Source: Candidatus Bathyarchaeota archaeon (lineage in GTDB: Archaea > Thermoproteota > Bathyarchaeia > TCS64). Taken from it: a stretch of 64,000 nt of DNA. The DNA lies in the NCBI GenBank assembly GCA_963769425.1, contig CAVYLP010000006.1:160001-224000 (forward strand). Reading direction: 5' to 3'. Shown one piece after another: positions 9,165-18,193 of this stretch (position 1 is its first letter; every line of letters starts with the position of its first letter). The position numbers and the translations under genes are program-made. Below the pieces are notes generated by a model that did no database searches, was not told the DNA's origin, and saw only the letters and a list, made by a program, of their open reading frames with translations.

Positions 9165-10367
9165 ATGTTCAAACTGATTGTCGGCGGGGACGTCTACGCC
9201 CCCGAGAAGCTGGGTAAGGTCAACATCCTGATAGCTGGAGATAAGATCGCAGCCGTGGGGCAGGACCTCAAGGCTCCCGGTGGGTACAAGTGCGAGGTAA
9301 TAGACGCCTCGGGGAAGGTCGTCTACCCCGGCTGGGTAGACCCACATATACACATCACGGGGGCTGACGACAGCCAGGGCCCCTTCGGGCACACATATGA
9401 TGTCTCGTTCCAGGACATCGTGGAGAGCGGCGTGACGACCGCCGTGGGCACGCTCGGCGGCGAATACGCGGTGCGCACCCTCGAGCAGCTCTACTGGAAG
9501 ACCATCGAGCTGGAGATGCTGGGAATCACCACCTACATGTATACTGGCTGCTTCCACATCCCGCCCCCCACGATCACGGGCACGGTCAGGGGGGACGTGG
9601 TGCTCATCGACAAGGTGAGGGGCTGCAAGACGGCAATCTCGGACGCGACGACTAGCCACCACACGTGGCGGGAGATGGCGGAGCTGGTGAGCGAGGTCGA
9701 GCTCGGCGCCGAGACGGTGAAGAAGACGGCGATCACACACGTCCACGTGGGGAGGCGCCCGCAGAGGATGGATATGCTCTTCGAGGTGATAGAGAACACT
9801 GGGCTGCCGGCGAAGCTGATCCAGCCGACGCACGTGAACCGCGCCACTCCAGACGTGATGGCTCAGGGCGTCGAGTGGGCGAAGAGGGGCGGCTACGTCG
9901 ACCTCACGACGCAGATGAGGAAGGAGGAGGGCACACTTACGGGTCTTAAGACGGACCTCGCCGTGAAGAGGATGCTCGCGGAGGGTTGCCCAATCGAGTA
10001 CATCACTATAAGCAGCGACGCCAACTGCCCCATGGCGATAAGGGACGCCAAGGGCAAGCAGGTCCAGGTTTACATCGCCCCCGTCGACTTCACCCGCCGC
10101 GAGGTCAGGGACATCGTATACAACCGCATCCTCCCCTTCGAGGAGGCGTTAAAGATGGTGACAATCAACCCTGCGAAGTGCCTTGGAATCGACGACAGGA
10201 AGGGCAGGATAGCGGAGGGCTACGACGCGGACATCGTCGTCGCCGACAAACCCGATGAGCTGCACGTTAAGAAGGTCTACGCCAGGGGCAAGCAGCTCGT
10301 CGAGGCCGGGAAGACCATCTGGCAGGGCTACTATGTCAAGGATCCCTACTACGACCAGTACCACTGA
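9165..10367 (+). CDS. iadA: isoaspartyl dipeptidase-like amidohydrolase
   Basis: DPHIHITG, YTG, K.AISD, HVHVG, PTHVNR, SSDAN, GRI..G.DAD motifs. Confidence 0.8.
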   Translation: MFKLIVGGDVYAPEKLGKVNILIAGDKIAAVGQDLKAPGGYKCEVIDASGKVVYPGWVDPHIHITGADDSQGPFGHTYDVSFQDIVESGVTTAVGTLGGEYAVRTLEQLYWKTIELEMLGITTYMYTGCFHIPPPTITGTVRGDVVLIDKVRGCKTAISDATTSHHTWREMAELVSEVELGAETVKKTAITHVHVGRRPQRMDMLFEVIENTGLPAKLIQPTHVNRATPDVMAQGVEWAKRGGYVDLTTQMRKEEGTLTGLKTDLAVKRMLAEGCPIEYITISSDANCPMAIRDAKGKQVQVYIAPVDFTRREVRDIVYNRILPFEEALKMVTINPAKCLGIDDRKGRIAEGYDADIVVADKPDELHVKKVYARGKQLVEAGKTIWQGYYVKDPYYDQYH

Positions 10368-10408
10368 TCGACTCAAGTTTTATTCACGCCCCCGACGATT
10401 GATCCATC

Positions 10409-11185
10409 ATGCCGATGGCCAAAGTCGGGGACATCGATATCAACTATAGGGTCGAGGGCGAGGGTGAGCCACTCGTAATGATCATGGGCTTCGGCTCGGG
10501 CATGGAGGGCTGGACTTTTCAGGCTCCCTTCTTCGCGAAGCGCTTCAAGGTGGTCACCTTCGATAACCGCGGCGTCGGGAAGTCGGACAAACCGAAGGGT
10601 CCCTACACGACGGCGATGATGGCGGAGGACGCCGTCGGCCTAATGGACAATCTCGGCATTGAGAGGGCGCACGTTATGGGCGCCTCCATGGGCGGCATGA
10701 TCGCGCAGGAGCTCGCCATCAACCACCCGGAGAGGGTCAACAAGCTCGTCCTCGCCTGCACTTACGCGAGGCCGCTTCTGAGGGACACTGATGGGGCTAA
10801 GCTGACTGGCACGCCCGCCGAGAGGATGAACGGCATAATCGGCCTCGCATTTAACAAGCCCCTCTACCGGCTCGTCTTCGGCACACTAGCCAAGTTCAGG
10901 TCGATCCCGCTGGATTCGCCGGAGGCGGCGGGGATAGAGGGGCAGAGCGCCGCGGTTGCGACGCACGATACTCTCGACAGGCTCGGGTCGATAACCGCCG
11001 AGACACTCATCATAGTCGGCACCGGAGACAGGCTCATCGACCCCTCCGCCTCGGAGATCATCGCCGGCAGGATACCAAAAGCTAAGCTCGTCAAGATAGA
11101 GGGCGGCTCCCACACGTTCATGGTGGAGAACAGGGGCGAGTACAACCGCGAGGTCCTCAATTTCCTGACAGAAGCGAAGCAATGA
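10409..11185 (+). CDS. alpha/beta-fold hydrolase
   Basis: DNRGVG, GASMGG nucleophile elbow, C-terminal GSH. Confidence 0.9.
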   Translation: MPMAKVGDIDINYRVEGEGEPLVMIMGFGSGMEGWTFQAPFFAKRFKVVTFDNRGVGKSDKPKGPYTTAMMAEDAVGLMDNLGIERAHVMGASMGGMIAQELAINHPERVNKLVLACTYARPLLRDTDGAKLTGTPAERMNGIIGLAFNKPLYRLVFGTLAKFRSIPLDSPEAAGIEGQSAAVATHDTLDRLGSITAETLIIVGTGDRLIDPSASEIIAGRIPKAKLVKIEGGSHTFMVENRGEYNREVLNFLTEAKQ

Positions 11186-11253
11186 TAAAGAAACACGATA
11201 GCGTGGTTGTTCTAAACTGTAGATTTAATACGTTATAAAACATAAATGCAGGT

Positions 11254-11775
11254 ATGTCTTCGTCGGCTCCAACCTTATTCAAGTTCACCGCATTAGTTCT
11301 TATATTGATCTCGGTATCAGCAGTTTTCGCGGGGAACCAATATCCGAACTTTTCAAATGACGGCACTCAAATTATTTTTCGTTACGGTGTTGGAGCTAAG
11401 AACGTTCTGGACACCTACGCAGGTACATTCACCAAAGATCTGATTGGTGATCCAGCGGTAACAATCAAGATGATGTTAACGGAGGAGGATCTTCTAAAGA
11501 TCGAGGCTAAGCTCGAAGAGGTTGACTTCCTGAGTCAATCCGATTGGGATCTTATACCTCACGGATCCGTGTTAGGTTTGCGCACGCCATTCTCCACTTA
11601 CTATCTGAAGGTGAGCTTCAATGGGGTCACTAGAGAGATCCGTTGGAATGATTCGAATCTCTTATCTGACGACTTCAAGGGTCCTGCGGCTGAGGTTGCC
11701 AAGCTACTGTGGTCGATCATCGAGGCTAAGCCGGAGTACAAGAGCCTCCCTCAGCCCCGAGATGCCTACGCGTAA
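11254..11775 (+). CDS. secreted or membrane-anchored hypothetical protein
   Basis: N-terminal hydrophobic signal; TTATAAAA box upstream; lower GC than flanks. Confidence 0.7.
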   Translation: MSSSAPTLFKFTALVLILISVSAVFAGNQYPNFSNDGTQIIFRYGVGAKNVLDTYAGTFTKDLIGDPAVTIKMMLTEEDLLKIEAKLEEVDFLSQSDWDLIPHGSVLGLRTPFSTYYLKVSFNGVTREIRWNDSNLLSDDFKGPAAEVAKLLWSIIEAKPEYKSLPQPRDAYA

Positions 11776-11844
11776 AAGCACCTATGTTTTGAACGTGTTA
11801 GTGTGGGGGGCAACTGTTTTACCCGGTTCGGCTACCCCTTACCC

Positions 11845-12921
11845 ATGTCTCAGGCAAACAGCGAGGAGAACATAAAGCAGCTAACCGACATGTACACCCG
11901 CCTCCACCCGCAGGTGCACTCAGAGTTCGAGGAGGAGATGCCGAAGCTCTGGGGGAGCAAGTGGAAGGCCAACACGACGATCGGCAAGCTGAGGACCGTT
12001 CTCGTCCACCGACCGGGGAAGGAGTTCCTTAGCATCGGGAAGAAGACGCCGTGGCCGCCCTACGAGTCGAGCCTCGCCGCGTGGCGCATGACCTTCAAGC
12101 CAGACCTTAAGGAGATGGTCGAGCACCACGAGAACCTCGTCAAGACGTATCACGACGAGGGCATCAGGGTCATCGTGAGGAAGCCCGACCCATACGACCC
12201 GCCGTATCAAGTCAAAGCCATATTCACAGACGACGTCTGCCACCCCGCCGTCTACGGCCAGGTCATACTCCGCATGTACGACTGGATCAGGAAGGGGGAG
12301 GAGGTGCCCACATACCAGACCCTCGCCGAGGCGGGTTGCCCAGTCGTCGGCATGATCATGGGAGATGGCATGGCAGAGGGAGGCAGCATCGGCTGGCTCG
12401 ACGAGAAGCACCTCCTCATGGAGGTCCACTTCGCCCGCGGCAACACACAGGACGAGACGGTCTCCAAGGCGAACGACTGGGGGCACGAGCAGCTCGCACA
12501 GATCATAAAGACTCAGGACCCCGAGGTCGACATAAAGACCGAGCCCGGCTACGGCTCCAGCAAGGGCACCATCGACTACGCGATGATCGACCGCCACACA
12601 AGCATAGGCGACCCCAAGTGGTTCGAGCCCCACCTCGTAGAGTGGATGAGGAGGACGATGAACTGGAAGTTCATCACGCCGCCGGAGGAGCTCGTCTACA
12701 CGGACACCCACGGCGCAAAGATCGGGCCAAACACCGGCGTCGTCCTCGAACCCATGAAGGTCATGGTCCCCATCGGCAACCCGAAGAACACGAAGTGGCT
12801 CGAGTCGATAGGCGTCGAGGTCGTCGAGGTCGAGTGTTCGAGCCTCGTCCGCCCGAGGAACAGCGGGAGCATCCACTGCACCTGCGGCAGCCTCGAGAGG
12901 GACCACGAGCCCTCCGATTAA
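11845..12921 (+). CDS. arginine deiminase/amidinotransferase (pentein) family protein
   Basis: GKLRTVLVHRPG, RKGE, AEGG, GSIHC motifs; ATG 11845 chosen as start. Confidence 0.8.
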   Translation: MSQANSEENIKQLTDMYTRLHPQVHSEFEEEMPKLWGSKWKANTTIGKLRTVLVHRPGKEFLSIGKKTPWPPYESSLAAWRMTFKPDLKEMVEHHENLVKTYHDEGIRVIVRKPDPYDPPYQVKAIFTDDVCHPAVYGQVILRMYDWIRKGEEVPTYQTLAEAGCPVVGMIMGDGMAEGGSIGWLDEKHLLMEVHFARGNTQDETVSKANDWGHEQLAQIIKTQDPEVDIKTEPGYGSSKGTIDYAMIDRHTSIGDPKWFEPHLVEWMRRTMNWKFITPPEELVYTDTHGAKIGPNTGVVLEPMKVMVPIGNPKNTKWLESIGVEVVEVECSSLVRPRNSGSIHCTCGSLERDHEPSD

Positions 12922-12937
12922 AAGTCTAGAGGTTGGC

Positions 12938-13633
12938 TTAGCGGGCCTTCGTCTGGACGCGCGGCTCTATCAGCGTCCATATCCAGCTGGCGAACTCCAT
13001 CAGGTTCTTCGTCTGTATGTAGACCTCTCCCGGCCCCGTGATCCGGGTGACGAGGCCCTCGCCGCTGAAGATGGTCTCCTTCCATCTCCCGATCTTCTCG
13101 ACGTGGTAGCTGCAGGAGTCGGAGAACCCGACGAGGTGGAAGTTGTCGACGACCATCTGCTGCCCGGGGGCGAGCTCGTGCCTGTCGATGGCGCCGAAGG
13201 TGTTTATGAAGAGGTCTCCCTGGCCTGTGGTCTTGATCATGAAGAGTCCCTGCCCGAAGAGGCCCTTCGTGAAGCCCTCCCAGCGGACGTCGAGGTCAAC
13301 GGATTGGCTGGAGGCGAGGTAGCTCGCCTTCTGGATTATGAAGCCCTTCCCGGGTTGAACGTCTAGCTTGGCGATGTCCCCGACAGGTGCGGCGACGAGA
13401 CCGATTTCGCCCGCTCCCCCCGTGGCGACGTAGTCGTTGACGAAGAAGCTCTGGCCGCCTATAATGGCCGTGGCGAGCGTCCCGAGGATGCTCTTCTCCC
13501 TCTTCCGCGTCTGGACCTCCATCGTCGGCGTCATGTACGTCATGGCTCCGGCCTCGCCGGTGATCTGCTCACCCTTCTCGAGGTTGACGACTAGCATCGA
13601 GTAGCTCGGACTGTACTTGATCTCGTACTTCAT
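12938..13633 (-). CDS. TIGR00266/AIM24 family protein
   Basis: E.GAM, GQSFF.N, GQGLF, VDNFH.V, SGEGLV...GPG.V..QT motifs. Confidence 0.9.
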   Translation of the reverse strand: MKYEIKYSPSYSMLVVNLEKGEQITGEAGAMTYMTPTMEVQTRKREKSILGTLATAIIGGQSFFVNDYVATGGAGEIGLVAAPVGDIAKLDVQPGKGFIIQKASYLASSQSVDLDVRWEGFTKGLFGQGLFMIKTTGQGDLFINTFGAIDRHELAPGQQMVVDNFHLVGFSDSCSYHVEKIGRWKETIFSGEGLVTRITGPGEVYIQTKNLMEFASWIWTLIEPRVQTKAR

Positions 13634-13703
13634 GGCCCCTCGCAACGACTATGATTGAACCATCTTTTAAGGTTCTCAGACGTAGAAATCAGAGTCTATA
13701 TAG

Positions 13704-13838
13704 TCAGAGGTCGTCGTCCCTGTTCCGCCTCAGGCTGAGGATTAGGCCCCTGAAGAGGAGCCAGGTAAAATAGGCCCCGGGTAACATGCTAACTATAGCC
13801 GCGATTAATACCAGCGAGTTTGAACCCTGCTCCGCCAA
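13704..13838 (-). CDS. small single-pass membrane protein (44 aa, MAEQGSNSLVLIAAIVSMLPGAYFTWLLFRGLILSLRRNRDDDL), not in ORF track
   Basis: TTG start about 30 nt after a TTTTATA box; hydrophobic core then basic/acidic tail; fills the intergenic gap. Confidence 0.55.
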   Translation of the reverse strand: MAEQGSNSLVLIAAIVSMLPGAYFTWLLFRGLILSLRRNRDDDL

Positions 13839-13893
13839 CGCAATCTCTTGGAGCCGCGTGGCGGCTGCTATAAAAGATTATGATTCGACGAGC

Positions 13894-14976
13894 CTAGGAG
13901 AGGATATATTTCTCGTACTCGCTGAGGCAGGGTGGGCCGCGGGTTATGTGGAGGCTCCGCTCATCGAGGTCCATAATCACCGAGGCAATAGTCTCGCCCT
14001 GCATGTCTGGCACAACATTTGGATCGGGGTGTGTGCAGACGCTGTAGGGTTTGCCGAAGTGGTCCCTGAGTATCTCCTTGATCCCGTCGACGCTTATTCG
14101 GCTGTCCCACCTCCTCAGTGTAGCATTCGTCCTGCTCAGCCTGTAAACTGTGTTGGGTATCTGTGAGACAAAGGTGTCCCGGACGGACAGGCTCCTTGGC
14201 CCGATGAAGTGGTTCGTATGGGCTATGTATCCGTTCTCGGGGACCATGATGGAGGTGTCGAGGGGGCTCATCTCAAGGTCGACGGCGACCCCACCCGCCT
14301 GCGCGAGGATGAGGTTAGATGAGACGCTCCTCTTCGCGTTGAGGACGCTGAACATCGCCTCGTTGAGGCCTTTACTGTTCAGAGCCTTCCTACATTGCAC
14401 GAGGAGCGGCGGGTATGGGGTGAAAGAGTCCTTGTCACTCACTAGCGCGTTAACGACTATCCCGAGGCCATGGGAGTTGACTCCCTTGTGCCCGACGGTG
14501 CCAGCCTCGGCGTGCAGGAGGATCGAGGGCTTCCCCTCCTGCTTGACCTCAAGGGTAACGCACCCGTCCTTGATTCCGGGGCGGTAATCCCAGTTCTGGG
14601 CGAGGAGCGTGTGCCCGACAGTGGTCGCGTCGGGTAGAGCGGCGAGAGCCGTACACTCACCGGGGGCAAGCTTCACCTGACTGAAGAGCAACTCGTACCG
14701 GGTGTTGAGGGCGAGGATCTCCTCGAGCTTCGAGCCGGAGCCCTCCGCTATCCCTTCGATCTCCTCATAGATACCGGCGTCGTACTTCCTGATCGGCTCA
14801 GCGGTGGAGGATGCTTTCTTTAGGGCCTCCTTCTCCGTCATGCCGCATATCCGGCCCCAAAGGCCGATGTAGTAGTCCACGTTGTAGCGGATCTGCTTCT
14901 TCGCTGCTTTACCGTACTTCACGCCGCATTCATGGGCGGAGCCGGAGACCTTGATGAAGGGAAATGGGTCGGGCAA
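13894..14976 (-). CDS. C45 family autoproteolytic peptidase/acyltransferase (Ntn hydrolase)
   Basis: GECT nucleophile, AQNWD, G.NS.GL, HTNHF, ETIAS motifs. Confidence 0.9.
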   Translation of the reverse strand: MPDPFPFIKVSGSAHECGVKYGKAAKKQIRYNVDYYIGLWGRICGMTEKEALKKASSTAEPIRKYDAGIYEEIEGIAEGSGSKLEEILALNTRYELLFSQVKLAPGECTALAALPDATTVGHTLLAQNWDYRPGIKDGCVTLEVKQEGKPSILLHAEAGTVGHKGVNSHGLGIVVNALVSDKDSFTPYPPLLVQCRKALNSKGLNEAMFSVLNAKRSVSSNLILAQAGGVAVDLEMSPLDTSIMVPENGYIAHTNHFIGPRSLSVRDTFVSQIPNTVYRLSRTNATLRRWDSRISVDGIKEILRDHFGKPYSVCTHPDPNVVPDMQGETIASVIMDLDERSLHITRGPPCLSEYEKYILS

Positions 14977-15018
14977 AGCTTCACCGAAGGGATTTCCGTT
15001 GAATGAGAATAAAGCATT

Positions 15019-15582
15019 TTACTGCTCTTTTTGCTTATCCTGCTTCTGGATATCCTCGGTCTCCAGCTTGTGGAAGAGGCTTCGGAGCTGGCGCTTCATG
15101 TTTGATCGTTCCCTGCTGAGACCGAGGGAGTCAGCGAAGTCGTCCGTCGTCTTCAGCATCTTCGCCCTTCCGCTCCCCTTCTCCTTCTGGACGAGGCCCA
15201 TCTGGACGAGCTGTTTTATATGCTGGTATGACTGGCTCCCGCGGGCGAGGGCGACTTCCCTCTGTTCGATGGGCTGGTTGTAGGCTATGTAACTGAGGGT
15301 GCGGAGCGGGCCGGCTGTGAGGAGGGGGCGTATACTAAACTTGCGCGCCTCCTTCGTGTAGTCAGTCTTGAGCTGGATGACGACGCGGTCCTCGGGGAGG
15401 TGCCTGACTTCAAGGGGGCTTCCGTCCTGCTCGTATATCTCGCCGAGGCGGATGGTGAGCTGCTTCGCCTCCTGCTCGTTCTCGAGTTTCAGGTAGGCGA
15501 CTATGGTGGCGAGGCTAAGCGGCCTGCCTGAGGCGTATAGTATCGCCTCGAGGCGTGCCATCAAGTCGTCCCTGTTGCTCAT
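15019..15582 (-). CDS. scpB: SMC-Scp complex subunit ScpB
   Basis: LEAILYASG.P, LRTLSYIAYNQPI, RG, TTDDF..LGL. Confidence 0.9.
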   Translation of the reverse strand: MSNRDDLMARLEAILYASGRPLSLATIVAYLKLENEQEAKQLTIRLGEIYEQDGSPLEVRHLPEDRVVIQLKTDYTKEARKFSIRPLLTAGPLRTLSYIAYNQPIEQREVALARGSQSYQHIKQLVQMGLVQKEKGSGRAKMLKTTDDFADSLGLSRERSNMKRQLRSLFHKLETEDIQKQDKQKEQ

Positions 15583-15634
15583 TCACCCACCTAGTTACCT
15601 ATCCCTCTTGGCGTTTCCTATTAACTTGTGTGGA

Positions 15635-16873
15635 TTAGACCCCGACGGCTATGTCGCGCCGGTAGAATAGGGTCCCCTTGACCGCTGAGGCATCAGAGTA
15701 AACCTTCTCCCGTGCCTCGGCCACGGACTTGCCCCTGGCCAGGAGGGCTACGGCCCTGCTGCCAGTCGTCCTGATGATGCCGCCCTCCTCGTAGACTGAA
15801 GCGTAGTAGGGCTCAGAGTTCCTCAGGGTCCCGACGGTGAGGGGTTTGTCCCTCTGTGGTGCCTCCGGGTAGCCCTCGGGGACGAGGTACACGCATACGG
15901 TGGCCTCCTTCCTGAACGTCGGCTTGCTGAGTTTCCCCTCGATTATCTTGAATCCCATCTCGAGGAGTGAGTCATCGAGTAGGGCGAGGACGTTTATCGC
16001 CTCTGGGTCGCCTAGGCGGGCGTTGTACTCGATCAGGTAGACGCCCTTCTCCGTATTCATGAATCCCCCGTAGAGGAAGCCGCGGTACTCGCCCACGGTC
16101 TCCGAGAGGGAGGAGATGGTCGCCCTCATGATCTCCGCACCCTTCTCCACCGTAGAGGCTGGGAGGTCGGGGAGGCCTTGGTCGGGGCAGCTGTAGCTCC
16201 CCATGCTCCCCGTGTTGGGGCCCTTGTCTCCGTCGTAGGCCCTCTTGAAGTCCCTGACTAGGGGCATCACCTCGACGTGCTTTCCATCGACGAAAGCCTG
16301 TAATGTGAACTCCTTACCCCTGAGCTTCTCCTCGAGGACGACTAATCCGTCGTTCTTGATGCACTCGAAGGCGTACTCCTCTACCTCCCGTGGGCTTCTC
16401 AGGTGCTCCCCCGTCAACTTTACGCCCTTCCCACCCGTGAGCACGTCCGGCTTAACAGCCACATTCGGGTGGTCGATGAGGAATGTTCTCACTTCGAAGA
16501 GGTCCCGACAGATTCTGAACTCGGGATTCCCCGGAATACCACTCTCCTGTAGGAGGACCCGGGCGTAGCTCTTGCTCCACTCAAGGCGGGCGAGGCTTTT
16601 CTTCGGCCCGACGACAGGGACGCCGAGTTCGCTAAGGCGATCCGCGACCCCAGCGGCGAGTGGGGCCTCCGGGCCCACGAAAGCGATGTTTACCCCCTTG
16701 AAGCGGTCGTAGTTGTCGGCCTTGTCGATATCCATGATCTCGACCCTCTTGGAGAGGGCGGCGATGCCAGGGTTCCTTTTCGACATTGCACTAACGAGCT
16801 CCGCTCCGTCTGCGTGCAACTTCTTCGCTAGTGCATGCTCCCTGGCGCCGTTGCCAACAACAAGGACCTTCAA
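15635..16873 (-). CDS. purD: phosphoribosylamine-glycine ligase
   Basis: GNGAREHA, GPEAPL, GGKGV, GPNTGSMG, EYNARLGDPE. Confidence 0.95.
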   Translation of the reverse strand: MKVLVVGNGAREHALAKKLHADGAELVSAMSKRNPGIAALSKRVEIMDIDKADNYDRFKGVNIAFVGPEAPLAAGVADRLSELGVPVVGPKKSLARLEWSKSYARVLLQESGIPGNPEFRICRDLFEVRTFLIDHPNVAVKPDVLTGGKGVKLTGEHLRSPREVEEYAFECIKNDGLVVLEEKLRGKEFTLQAFVDGKHVEVMPLVRDFKRAYDGDKGPNTGSMGSYSCPDQGLPDLPASTVEKGAEIMRATISSLSETVGEYRGFLYGGFMNTEKGVYLIEYNARLGDPEAINVLALLDDSLLEMGFKIIEGKLSKPTFRKEATVCVYLVPEGYPEAPQRDKPLTVGTLRNSEPYYASVYEEGGIIRTTGSRAVALLARGKSVAEAREKVYSDASAVKGTLFYRRDIAVGV

Positions 16874-16921
16874 AGGACCACCTGAACTCGATGAAGATAC
16901 CCGCGTCAGGAAGAAAAGCGT

Positions 16922-18097
16922 TTACCGGGGCTTCGTGACCTCGCGGAGGGCCTTCACGAGGGCGACGGCCTCCTCCTCCGTGTTATAGAAGTGAGGGCTC
17001 ATGCGTAGACCTCCGATCCTTGGGGCGACGTGTATGTTCCTCGCGAGCAGCTTCTCTCCAACCGCCTTGAAGTCGGGGACCTGGACGTTAACGTATATCC
17101 TCCTCTCCTCCTCTTTCGGGGTCTGGAGCCTGAAGTGCTTCTTCGTCAGCTCCTCGATTAGGGCGTTGTCGACGTCGCGGACTTGCCTATCCACCGCCTT
17201 CTTGCCGTGTGAGAGTAGGACCTTCATCGAGTTTTCAACGGCTACGTAGCTGATCTCCTGGCGGGGGAAGACCTCGATGCGTTCCAGGCCCTTGCGTGGC
17301 TTGAAATCGTAGAGGGTGAACTCGTCGATGGTGTTCCTCTCACCCACTTCGGGCTCCAGGGTCTTCTCGCCGACGTAGACGGGCTGTGTAGCGTCGATGT
17401 TTGGCTTGGAGACGAATAGAAATCCCGCGGACTGGCCATAGTGGCCGCCCATGAGCCACTTGTAGGTGCTTGTGGCGGCGAAGTCGACTCCCCAGCGGTC
17501 CGCCTCCCAGGCGAGGCTGCCGACGCTCTGGGTGCCGTCGACTACGAGCTTCGCCCCATGGGTGTGACAGACCTCCGCTAATCCCTTGAGGTCATGTAGG
17601 TAACCGTTGAACCAGCTCGGCTGGTCAACTACAACGGCGGCTGTCTTGTCGTTGACCGCCTTCTCGAACTGCTCTAGGGTGACAGTGCTCTTCTTGTTCT
17701 TTATGAACTTGGGCTTTGCGCCTCGGTCCCTCTGCTTGTTGACGACCGTGGCGGTCATGGGGTAGCTGAGGTTGGTGCATACTATGTTGCTGCCGCGTTT
17801 GACGGGGACCATGTTTAGGGCGGTGTTTATGCCGGCTGTTGCGTTGGGGATGAAGGCGACCTCCTCCTCCCTGCCGCCGATGACCTCGGCGAAGAGCTTC
17901 TTCGAGTTGAGGCGGCGCTTCGCCCAGTCGGCGGTGCCGCTCTGCCATGGACGCTCACCCCTGAACATGGCGGTCACATCGGCTACGTACTCCTCCATGA
18001 CTTTCAGCGTTGAGGCGGGCGCGGCGCCCGTCGTTGCCGTGTCGAAGTGTATCTTCCCCCTGAGGAGGGGGAACTCATCCTTCAGCTTGAGAACCAT
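16922..18097 (-). CDS. class V PLP-dependent aminotransferase-fold enzyme
   Basis: VDGTQSVG, STYKWL (PLP lysine), RMSPHFYN; start at ATG 18097. Confidence 0.85.
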   Translation of the reverse strand: MVLKLKDEFPLLRGKIHFDTATTGAAPASTLKVMEEYVADVTAMFRGERPWQSGTADWAKRRLNSKKLFAEVIGGREEEVAFIPNATAGINTALNMVPVKRGSNIVCTNLSYPMTATVVNKQRDRGAKPKFIKNKKSTVTLEQFEKAVNDKTAAVVVDQPSWFNGYLHDLKGLAEVCHTHGAKLVVDGTQSVGSLAWEADRWGVDFAATSTYKWLMGGHYGQSAGFLFVSKPNIDATQPVYVGEKTLEPEVGERNTIDEFTLYDFKPRKGLERIEVFPRQEISYVAVENSMKVLLSHGKKAVDRQVRDVDNALIEELTKKHFRLQTPKEEERRIYVNVQVPDFKAVGEKLLARNIHVAPRIGGLRMSPHFYNTEEEAVALVKALREVTKPR

Positions 18098-18193
18098 GGT
18101 ACAGGTATCGCTAATCAGGCGAAAAAACTTTGCAGGCAGACGCGCCTGCCCAATCTTAAATCCGATGCCGCGGCACATAGATCAGTGATTCAC

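Noticed and set aside
11920-12906. 328-aa antisense ORF, and many similar shadow ORFs across the window
   Set aside because: Antisense to well-supported genes; a by-product of GC-rich codon usage
13700-13870. Possible ncRNA or hammerhead ribozyme (CTGAAGA, CTGAGGA, short hairpins, repeated TAGGCCCC)
   Set aside because: No GAAA core after stem II; the region is better explained by a 44-aa membrane ORF on the minus strand
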